Source of the DNA: Nageia nagi
Taxonomy: Eukaryota > Plantae > Pinophyta
NCBI GenBank assembly: GCA_050084985.1
Contig: JBITNC010000001.1
Coordinates: forward strand, 100,502,001-100,566,000
DNA: 64,000 bases
Direction of reading: 5' to 3'
Position numbers and translations under genes: made by a program. The notes under the pieces were generated by a model. That model made no database searches. It was not told the DNA's origin and saw only the letters and a list, made by a program, of their open reading frames with translations. Positions 27,332 through 37,845 of this stretch are shown here, piece after piece. Position 1 is the stretch's first letter. Each line of letters starts with the position of its first letter.

Positions 27332-30300
27332 TCAAACTTTACTCCCCTTTAAAGGTAACTTCACCAACCCAATAGCATCCCTAAGCTTACAGAATTGAGC
27401 TTTCAAGAGGGGTTTTGTGAACAAATTAGCAGAGTTCAAGTTGCATGGAGAATACTCTAGGTGTATGATGCCATCAAGTACCTTCTCCCTCATAAAATGG
27501 GCATAGATTTTCACATGTTTTGTTCTTTTATGGAACATAGGATTCTTAGCAAAAGAAATAGCCAACTGATTATTTGATAAAATCAAAGGTGAGCCACCTT
27601 GCTCATACCCAATTTCTTTCAAAATATGCTTTAGCCAAATGGCTTCCTAGGATACAATAGACATGGCATGATATTTAGCTTTTATTATGGAAATAGAAAT
27701 AATAGGTTGCTTCTTGGAATCCCAAGTGATAGCACCTAAACCAATGCTAAACACATACACAAAAGTTGATTTTCTATCATCTCTATCTCCCCCATAGTCA
27801 AAATATAAGAATTTAGAGAGAAAAAACAAGGGCAACTTAGAATACTTGAGAGCAAAATCCTTAGTCCCTGCAACATACCTCAAGATTTACTTAATAGCAT
27901 TAAGGTGCTCAACATATGGTTTTTGCATGAATTATGCCATTAGATTCACTGCAAAGTTAATATCTGGCCTGAATATAGTCAAATACAAAAGACTACCAAT
28001 TAATTTCCTGTAAGCTATAACATCAGCTAATAGAGAGTTGAAGCTCAAAGAAATAGTGATTACAAGAGAGACTAGGATCATAACAAATCTACACTCCATT
28101 CCAAACTTCTACAAGATATTTGATATATACTTAAATTGACTAAGATAAGTACAATCTTTGTATCAATACACTTGCATTCCAAGATATTAGTGTAAGAGAC
28201 CAAGATTAGTCATTTCAAATGTTACTTTAAGTTTGGATATGCACTCTTAAATGATTTCTTCATTGTTCCTAATTACCAGAAGATCATCCACATAAAGAAG
28301 AATCAAGACCACATCTTTTCTTTGATTAAGCACATATAGATTGAAGTCAAAAAAACACTTAGAAAAACCAATTTCTAAAAAGTGGCCTAAAATCTTCTTA
28401 TACCAGGCTCTAGGTCTTGCTTAAGTCCATACAATGACTTCTTTAGCTTGCACACAAAAGAGTCTTTTCCTTCCATAATAAACTCTTCTGGTTGATTCAT
28501 GAAGATTTTCACATCTAAGTCACCATTGAGAAATGCACTTTTGACATCAAGTTGAAAAACATTTCATCTTTGAGCTACAAAAAGAGTAAGGATAATTCTA
28601 ATAGTAGGCATCTTTACCATGAGAACAAAGGTTTTCTCATAATCTATATCATATTTCTAAGCAAAACCTTTAGCTACTAACCTTGTCTTGCATTTCTCAA
28701 TATCTCCACTTCTTACCAATCACATTCTTCTCATTGGAATAAGGAACTAAGTCCCAAGTTTTATTTTTAAAAGCACCTCATATTCCATTTTCATGACTTC
28801 CATCCAACACTCATGCTTAGAAGCTTCTTTGAAGGTTGAAGTCTCATGCTTATTATCAATCTTGGCAAATAAGAATTTGTTCAAGGTCATGCTCCTTATT
28901 ACCCTTTGAGTTGGAGAGTTTTATTCCTAAGGTGACTTGTCTACATCAAAATCTAACTAGCTAGGTGCAACTGAAGAGTCCTCTAGATCATCAACATCTC
29001 ATTAGAAGCAAATTCTACAAAAAGTTTAAAGAACTTCACATCCCTTGAAATAAACATAGCTTTGTAGGATGGAGAGCAGATCTGTAGCCTCTATGTTAAC
29101 TATCATAACCCACAAAGATGCATTTTTTAGCTCTTTTATCTAATTTCTTCTTTTTTTAAAAAATAATGTAGGAGAATGCTTCACAACCAAACACTCTAAG
29201 GTGTGAAATGTTAACTTTTCTTCCTAACCATGCCATAAAAGGAGTGTAAGGAATCGTAAATTTCCTCTTGATTCCATACTTAGCATAAACATCATTGAAC
29301 TCATTATTGTTATATTCTCCTCCATTATCTGATCTCAACATCTTGATATTAAGGTTAGTATGATTCTCAATAAAGGCCTTAAAAATCTTAAAACTCTCAA
29401 AGGTTTGATCCTTGTGCTCAAGTAGATACCCAAAGTTCATCCTACTAAAGTTATCAATGAAGGTCAAGACATAAAATGCTTTTCTAAGTGACTTAGTCTA
29501 AAATGGACCCATCAAATATGAATGCACAAGTTGAAGAGGTTGATATGCTCTTATTGCCTTATCTTTTTCAAATTTTTGTCTATGCATCTTGCCAAGAATG
29601 CACTTCTCACATAGACCAATCGAAGGAGAAATTGAAGGTAAACCTTCCACAAGTTCTTGGTATTTCATGTTTTGAATACTCTTATGGTTAAGGTGACCTA
29701 AATGATGGTGCAAAAGATTACCTCTAAAACACACATTAGAAGTAAGACACATCTTTTATGGAACTTGAACCATGATGTAGAGGTTATCTTTCACCGATCC
29801 TTTAACCAACATGGCAATTCCTTTTTTAATGCACCAAGATTAAGAATCAAACTCAAAAGAGTACTCTTTTTTAACAACTTGGATTACAAAGAGAAAGTTC
29901 ATCCTTAACTTAGGAACATAGAGAACATTGTCAAGAACCTTCCCATGAATCAACACACTTTCAATTCCTTGGACTTTAAGGGTAGAGTTATCACTTATCA
30001 CAATTGCATCTTTTTTATACTTGTGAAAATTCTCAAACTTTTCCTTTTCAAAGCATAGGTGATTACTGCAACCAGAATCAACATTCCAATCAAATGAAAA
30101 AGAGCAAGACAAGGAGTATAGCATCATAGTAAAACTAGCTTGAATATTCTTCTTTCCTTTATAGTTCTTTACATTTCCATTACCTTTATTCCTTTCTTAT
30201 CTTTTCTTTTTGTAGCAATCAACTTCTTTGTGACTTTTGATGCCACAATATTTACAATTACCATCAAACTTTTTCTTATGATATGGATTGTTTGCTTTGC

Positions 30301-31072
30301 TTTTTTCATCTCTTTACTTGAAATGGTTATTGTTATTGTTTTCTTGCTATTATGATTGTTATTTCTGTTGTTCCTGCTACTGTTGTAGCCATTACCTCTT
30401 TTCTCAAACCTTTTAAAGGAAGAAGGATAAGATTTCTTTTTATGGTTGAACTTCTTTTTTAAAAGAGTTTTAGTTGCTTCAAGAGCAACGTTATTATCCT
30501 TAAGAGAAGAAATCAACACCTTATTGTTAAGGGTTTTTTCATGCTTGAAAAGGTGCCTAAAAAGGTTCTCAAGAGATAAGACTTATTCTTCATCATCAAA
30601 CCTTATTTCCATAACCATCACAAAGTTTTCAAACTTTGAAGAAAAGCTTTGAAGAATGATGAAGACCATGAACTCATCATTGATCCAATTGCACCCATAA
30701 GCAACAAGTTGGATCCTTAGATCAATAATTTTTTTCAAGTAGATAACCACATTTTCATCTTCCCCTTGATGAGATTGAAGCAACTTTTAGATAATATTAA
30801 ACCTTCTTGAAAAGTTTGAACTAAGGTATATTTGCTTAAGCTTATCACAAGCTTCCTTTATTGAGGTTGAAGAGAAAATCATTAAGAGCACATCATCTAA
30901 AGTTGCATAGTAAATCATGGAGGTTGCAAACTCATTTTTTAATAGGAGGTACAAAGTTCTCATTCACTATTTACCAAAGTTTTCTTGCCTACAATTCAAC
31001 TCTCATCTATGGTTCCCAAATCCTAAATTTGGAACCATCAAGAATGGGTTTGGGTAAAAAAGATTCTTCCAT
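27332..31072 (-). pseudogene. Copia gag-pol of element A, disrupted
   Basis: MEESFLPKPILDGSKF..., WNVDSGCSNHL (PR), HHHLGHLN...CEKCILGKMH, TFIDNFSR, LRSDNGGEY (INT), RLVAKG, FQLDVKSAFLNG, YVDDL (RT), RKST...WDSKKQ, FHKRTKHV, ANLFTKPL (RH). Confidence 0.93.
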
Positions 31073-31259
31073 TTGCTACATAAGAATATGAAAAATATTA
31101 AGCATGTAATTTAATAAATAACATTAAATGTTATATTTTAACCAAGTAAATGATAATGTGAAATCTAACACTAAAGTCATGCTTGATTTGATTCACAAGT
31201 GCAAATGTTTTACAATTCAAATATACATCCCATGTACCCAAATACTTTTATCATCATAA

Positions 31260-31900
31260 AGAACTATAGATGTAGAGTGACATTATTCAGGCTTGTTTTT
31301 TTATCTAAAATTGGGCCTTCACCTGGATGCCCACACAAGAGGAGCTTAAGTACTACCAATCCTCAACTAGTTCACCTTGATTAGTTTTATACTCTCACAA
31401 GAAGTACCTATTATTTTCAAGGTTATGATATTTATTGGATTGACCAAATTATTAATCTTGATTAGTTTTCAAGTTATCCTCCAAGGTTATCAAGATAATC
31501 CTTAAATGGATGTGTGGACATGTGGTATCACTACACACATGCATGTCCACCTATTAGAGTTATGTCTAGACCAAGAGAGAACTTAGGGGCAATTTAGAAG
31601 TACAAACTTTTCACCTTTTAGATTATCAAACTTAAAGGCTCCAGTCTGCCTATCCTCACCTCATGGCTCCCCAAACAAGTCATGTTGTGAAATGTACATG
31701 CAAATTTTTTTCCTTTTAGAGGGTTACTCATATCAATGTTTGCATTTTTGTTTGCATAAGAAAATAAACCAAAATACGAAATATAAAGTAAAAAATTATA
31801 AAGAAAAAAAATCATCCATCCATAACATGGAACCTTAAGATTCCAATGGTTTTGTTTACCAACTCCTAGAGGACATCTTTACATAGGTCCATAAATTTAC
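31260..31900 (-). other. Conserved non-coding leader block of element A (homologous to 41380-42000)
   Basis: Colinear similarity over ~600 bp, including an identical 37-mer (31518-31554 = 41623-41659), while the AT-rich leader around it does not align by eye. Confidence 0.85.
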
Positions 31901-33927
31901 ACAAGTTAACTTTATAAAAAATAAAAATAAATACTCATGCATTAATTCCATAATTTGCATAAGTTAACTTTGCAGAAAGGATAAATACTCAATATGTATT
32001 TTTAAGTCATAAGCATGCATCTCACAAAAATTAAACTTAAAAAATTAAGTCCTTAAGCATGTATTATTAACTTAACAAATAAGTATTAAGCTTGTATTTA
32101 ACTTAAAATTTTAAGTACAAAGCATAAGCATGCAACTCTTAAAGTAAAAAAAAAAAAAATTATTATGCATACTAAATAAACAATTAAATAAGAAATTTAT
32201 ACAAATTCCCCCATTTTTACTTAAAGATTTATCTCTAAAAGATAGCATACTAAATATTTTATCCTTAAAAATATTTGCATGCTAAAAATTTTAAGTATGT
32301 ATTCACATTAATATTTTAAGTAAAAATTCCCCCTTTTTACTTAAAGAGGATTGCTAGTAGCATTTCCCCCTTATAAAATTGAAGGCAACATCAAATTATC
32401 AATAAATACTTAGGTAAAAAAAAAATGCCATGGTTACACTAATAATTATCATTTTGCCTAAGTAAATTGCCATACAAGGTATTTAGGGCAAAATAAAAAA
32501 ATATACTCCACATTTTTCAAAGAAATAGGATTGTATTTAAGATTAATGATGTATGTACTTACTCTAAAGTAATGTAATCATACTCATCATGACAATATTT
32601 TAAAGTTGGAGTAAAAGTGCTTCTAAGTGCATTTAATAGAACACATGACTTGTAAGCAAGCAAAAAATATTAAATGCTACCAAAAAAAAAGAGTATACAT
32701 TTGCTTCTTGGTGCATTTAATGGAAATAAATATCTTGCAAGTAAAAAAAATTAAATGCTTGTCAACCACTAGAAAACAAATGGAGCAAATTAAACAAGGC
32801 TACATAGAGATTAAGATTAGAGGCAAAGTGGAGGGAGCGAGCCTCAACCAAGAAGGGAGCTCAAAGCTGTATGGATTAGAGATCAAGGAGTATGGTGGAA
32901 ATGGAGGTCCATGTGGAGGATGGAAAGATCATCAACCATGAGTGAGGAGGTTGATAGAGGTGCAACAGTGCATCATTAAGGAGCTGTAGGCGAAAGGGGA
33001 GCAACATGGAAAGGGCTATGGAGGGGAAACATGGTGGTGGCACAGATGATTTAGCACGTAGGTCTTATGTCACTTTCAACAAATGAGGCATCTAATAGGA
33101 GCATAGATCTATAAAAAAAGATAAGAGCATGATGGAGGAGGGCCAAAAGATAAGGGTAGGGGGTCCTATTTTAATGGGTCGTGAGGGCCTAGGTGCAAGG
33201 GTTGACTATTGGTAGGCCATAGGAAAGGATGAAAGCAGGAGTAAGGCTGCTACCCCTTCAAGTACTTAAATATAAATAAACAAATATTTTATAATGTATA
33301 TATATATATTTTTTAGGAAAAAGCTACTCCCCTTTTTTACTATGCAACCAACCAACTTAATGAAATTTCAAATGAATATACTATTTATAAAAAACATTAT
33401 ATGTTTTGGTAAAAAAAATATTACAAATTTCATTTTCAAGTACATAATCCACCCTTTATATATATCAAATAATCTTCTTTAGTTTAAAATATAACAACTA
33501 TTGTAAGCAGATATTTTTATACATAAAAAAAATTGTAATTTTCTATGCAATTAATATGATATAACTAAATTACAAGCTAAATCATATTTAGCTATACTAG
33601 ATTGAAGTTTTCCACTAATATATTATTGTCACATTTTAGGTACAATTTATCAAAGAAAATTGCAATTACCATAGACTATTAGATGTAAAGGTGTAACAAC
33701 AATATATTTGTAAGTAAATTTTCCTCACAATATTAACATATAAATAATGTTAGTAATCCAAGAGAAAAAAATAAAATTGAAGGAAGAAATGATGAAATTA
33801 TACTTTCAAGTATTTTATCTCACCAATGAAGAGTGGGATGAGGAATGAAGATCACCAAGATGTTGGAAATAAAAAAAGAGCTTTCAAACCACAAAGAAGG
33901 GCTTCCACACCAAGCTCTGATACCAAT

Positions 33928-34427
33928 TGAGAGATTTAAACTATAACATGAATAACTCTAAACTCATAAGATCACATAAAAGCTCACAAATCTCATCTAA
34001 CAAACTCACAAAGCAATCTCACAACACAACACAAGATGTAAGTGGTTCTTCAAACTAGGATTACATCCACTAACTAAATCTGTACTTCAATCACAAATAC
34101 AACTCTCTTATAATCCTACTAATATCAACTCCTATGCTCTATCCTATAGCATAACTTTACTCTACAATTGATGTGTGATCACAAAGAGGAATCCTTCTAT
34201 TTATAGGCCAAAATTCCTCTTTGGATCACTCATTTATCCAATGTACAAAAGCATGACATGCACATCTTTTTACCCAAGGGGCATGCTCATGACATGGAGT
34301 GTAAGACAAGTTACATTATCATATTCACTTAAATACTTAAGGTATAAAATGATATCCTTAAGTATTAGTGAACTTATATAGAAGATTATTACAAAGCCTT
34401 TACAATAATGCATTATACATTCCAACA
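33928..34427 (-). repeat. Element A 5' LTR (500 bp)
   Basis: TG...CA ends (TGTTGGAATG...CTCTCA on minus), PBS 2 nt away, TATA-like CTATAAATAG on minus at ~34197-34206. Confidence 0.9.
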
Positions 34428-34510
34428 CTCCCCCACTACCTCTACATCTTGATGTTGAATCTACCATTCAGAAGCCCCTAACTTCATCCCTAGGCCTACA
34501 CTTTCTTTCT
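34428..34510 (-). pseudogene. Antisense PMD ORF, putative N-terminal piece
   Basis: After removing element A and one TSD copy the frame reads GRFNIKM*R*WG|RVHDMLDQTN*DWLEVIGL, continuing into the PMD core. Confidence 0.5.
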
Positions 34511-35099
34511 CAAATCATTTCTTACAAGGTGTTAGTATTTTACCAATCAACAATATTTCATAAGTTATCCAATGCTCAAAAATCATATAGTAGAAAAATG
34601 CTAAATTGCACAAAACATAGAGAAAAAGTTAAAAGGATCAAATAAAAATGATAGTCTCAAACCTATTCTACCTTTCTCTTTTAATTTTTTCATCTAATAG
34701 GATCATCCATATGATCAAGGATCATCTTGATGATTTTTTATTCACTCTAGTTATTCAAATGATCTATAGTCATCCAAACAACTAGGTCTGTAGTGTTTTC
34801 ACCCTTATTCTTATTATCATTTTTCTCAATTTCTCCACTTTTTTTATCAATCAATCATATGTAATTCCTAGTCACACCTAATACCATCCTAATTTAGGGG
34901 AGAGATTCACATACATGATCATTTTGGTTAATATTGTTGCAAGCTCTCATCAAGCTAGTCATTTGGTTTTTGCCAAGGGTATCTCAAATGTATGGTTAAA
35001 ATTTTTCCGTTGCAAGTGTTCTTTTGATATTACAATTTGACATAATTGATTGGAAATCAAAATATTCAAATGTCATCATGGTTGACATTGGAATTTTCT

Positions 35100-35425
35100 T
35101 GTACAAGCATCATATGCATATGTGCTACAATCAAATGCTTGGTACATCTATGAGACAATGATCATTTTATCATTTTATTTTTTCTCTTTATTCAAGTGTG
35201 GTATGCCTGCATGCTATGGTTGAACACTTGGTAGGTCTATGAGCCTATGATCATTTTATCAAACTCCCTTAAATTGATGGGGCAAAGAAGAGATCATTTT
35301 ATCATATTTATTTTAGTTGTTGGGGAAAATAAAAGATCACTCCATATTTACTTCCCTCTCACTACTAGGGAAAAGTAGAGTTAGACTCCCTTTAATTGAT
35401 AGGGAAAAGCAAAGATCATTTTATT
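35100..35425. repeat. Degenerate short direct repeats in the Ogre 3' UTR
   Basis: TGCTA...CTTGGTA..TCTATGAG...ATGATCATTTTATC twice; ACTCCCTT.AATTGAT.GGG.AAAG twice; several AGATCATTTTAT. Confidence 0.65.
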
Positions 35426-35709
35426 TTCTACATTTAGTTTAGTTTTTCTTTATGTATTTATTTTATATTAGGTTAGAATTTTGTTTATTATTTCAATAAT
35501 TATGTGATCCATTTGATTAATTTTATTTAGGTCATCATCAATGTATGTTCAACTTGGTCTTACATGATATTATCTTGTAGTGAAACCAAAGAATTGGATA
35601 TTTATGTTGTACTTATATGATGTGTTGATTATCAAAACCATACCTATCATAATCATTTATATTTACATATCATTATCATTATTGCTTATCATTTTATCAT
35701 ATCATTTAT

Positions 35710-35760
35710 TTTTGTGCTAAGCTTCTTGTAGGTTTTGAAGCTTAGCACAAAAGGGGGAAA
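35710..35760 (+). promoter_or_regulatory. Perfect 16-bp hairpin overlapping the polypurine tract of the Ogre element
   Basis: TTTTGTGCTAAGCTTC (35710-35725), an 11-nt loop, GAAGCTTAGCACAAAA (35737-35752), then GGGGGAAA and LTR start TGT at 35762. Confidence 0.85.
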
Positions 35761-35761
35761 T

Positions 35762-36583
35762 TGTAAACACCATAAAATCATAGTTTTACCTTACAATGAT
35801 GTTTTATAGATATTTATGGCACTTGTACTATCATATCTTCTCATGTCATGATAACTTGTGATGCAACATTGTTTGTAGGTTAATTTTATGATAGTTTGAT
35901 ATTTTGGCAATTTTAACATTAGATCCCAATTGTCTAGATGATTGGCTAATCATTTGGATGATCCTGCAGGATCACACTTGTCTAGATGATCTTGACTATG
36001 TAGTCTTTAAATATATGATATGGGCTCCATTTACAAGGACTAACACTTCATTTTCATGAGCACTTTTTAAGATTTGAGCTTTCTAAGCATAAATCTAAAT
36101 CTTGTGACATTCATTCAAGAATTTCAACATCAATTCTTTAGCACTCCTCTTGGAGCCTTTGGATCCCATATCCCTCCATGGTTGATTGAGGTATCTTTGT
36201 GGCTTTAGGATAATTTTACTATCAATGGTGGGTTCATGAGTTTTTGTAGGTTTTGATCATATATTTTATCATATTTGGAAGCTTGTATCCTTCATTAATA
36301 TTATATTTGATTAATTGAGTAACATATAGGCATCTTTAGGCTAATTCACTTAGATTTTCAACCTCGGGTTTGACCTTTAAGATCCAAAACTTAGGGTTTG
36401 AATATTATTTATCTTTATTTAGCTAAAATGTATTAGATCCATTCTCATTTAGGCTAATTATCCATAGATATTTGTATACTTTGTCCATATTTGTATATAT
36501 CATAATTTATGCAGCTCTTTGGGTATTTACCATATTTTATCAACATTTGGTCATATCTTTTCAATTTCACTTAGATCTAGTTA
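35762..36583 (+). repeat. Ogre 3' LTR, first part
   Basis: Begins TGTAAACACC after the PPT. Its distal ~190 bp align with 6510-6709. Confidence 0.85.
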
Positions 36584-37040
36584 TGATGGAATCAATATTT
36601 TCCTAATAAATTCCTAATCACCAATATCACTTGTAGGATACACTCAACTCGAACTAAACATAAGCATAACAATAATTTCCAATCTCACAAATACACAAGA
36701 GACATAATATAAAGTGGTTCCTCCCTCCTTGGGAGTACATCCACTAACGAAGATCTCATTCCTCTAGATGGACTCTCTTACAATTTACAATCCTAATTCT
36801 CCTACAACCATTATTTGAGCATAACATTTCTCCTAAAACTTATGTATATTATAAGAAGGGAGGCCTTCTAATTATAGGATAAAATCCCAACCCTAACCTC
36901 CCTTTTACTCAAGGGTAAGGTTAAGGTTTCATAATATAATATTCATTAAACACTTAAAGGTATCTAGTGATACTTTAAGTGTTTAATTGGTTACATAAAG
37001 GTAAATATTAATTATCCAAATTATATTACATATTCTAACA
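36584..37040 (-). repeat. Element B 3' LTR (457 bp)
   Basis: Direct repeat of 43887-44335, with about 12 mismatches in the first ~135 bp by manual count. Confidence 0.95.
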
Positions 37041-37649
37041 CTCCCCCTAAATGTAGTATTGGGATAGAGCATAGAAGAAGAAGAAAGAGAGAGTTCTCCT
37101 CCAAAGAGATACAAGTGGAGATGAGAACATTTACATCTTTGAGTTCATTTGAGATCTTAGTTTAAGACTCACTACTTTAACCATTTGATAAAATAGTTTA
37201 TAATACAATCATTAACCATAACTAGTTTCACTGTATAGAGTAGTCAACCAACAACAAGTCGTCATGTGAGCCTCCATGAGTCTGCCAACCCAAAGTAACC
37301 TTCATTGTCAAGAAGAAACATGTAAGCTACAAGCAGTTCATAAACAAGATCAGTTAGATGCATCATATAAACATTCATATCAACATATTATAAATGAACT
37401 AATTAATTCCATCCATTAATTGATCAATGGTGCACTTTAATTCATTACAAAGATGCCAAGCTAACACTTATAGTCACCTATTGTATACAAAATAGGTGTT
37501 GATCAATAAAGCATAAGAATATATGAGTTTTTCACATATGGATAACCAAATAGTGCAAAAATGCACATACTGATTCTTCTCATAGTGATAATTGAAATAG
37601 TGCATATGGTTTCTCACGTATGGATAATCAAATAGTGCCAAGGCACGTA

Positions 37650-37845
37650 CTAATTCCTCACATAGTGATGCTAGCAAAAACCAATTTCTACCATGAGTTT
37701 TTCATGCAGAGTAAAATAACCATGAAGGTGTACATAATATGCTCAACATAGTTCCTCACATGGAGTGAACTAACCATGAAGGTAATAAATTTGTACAATA
37801 GTTCCTCACATAGAGCAAATTAACCATGAAGGTGTACATAAATAT
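37650..37845. repeat. Tandem ~55-65-bp repeats in the element B 3' UTR
   Basis: Recurrent AGTTCCTCACAT...AACCATGAAGGT(GTACA) at ~37695, ~37750 and ~37801. A single clear copy is present in element A (~27216-27253). Confidence 0.7.

Larger units (their letters stand above)
26562..34427 (-). mobile_element. Ty1/copia element A with a ~2.8-kb 5' leader, inserted in the PMD ORF
   Basis: PBS TGGTATCAGAGC on minus at 33914-33925. 5' LTR at 33928-34427. PPT TAAGGGGGAG on minus at 26631-26641. Residual 3' LTR at 26562-26630. Probable TSD CTCAC/CTCCC with one mismatch. Domain order gag-PR-INT-RT-RH. Confidence 0.88.

Noticed and set aside
31505-31555. Group II intron domain V, or a PBS of a plus-strand element (TGGTATCA)
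   Set aside because: No AGC/CGC triad or domain VI. TGGTATCA is not followed by GAGC and no LTR precedes it.
32627-33260. ORF and G-rich island in the leader of element A as a captured gene
   Set aside because: No recognisable domain. B has an equivalent GC-richer patch (~42850-43050) without a shared ORF, so it is more likely leader sequence.
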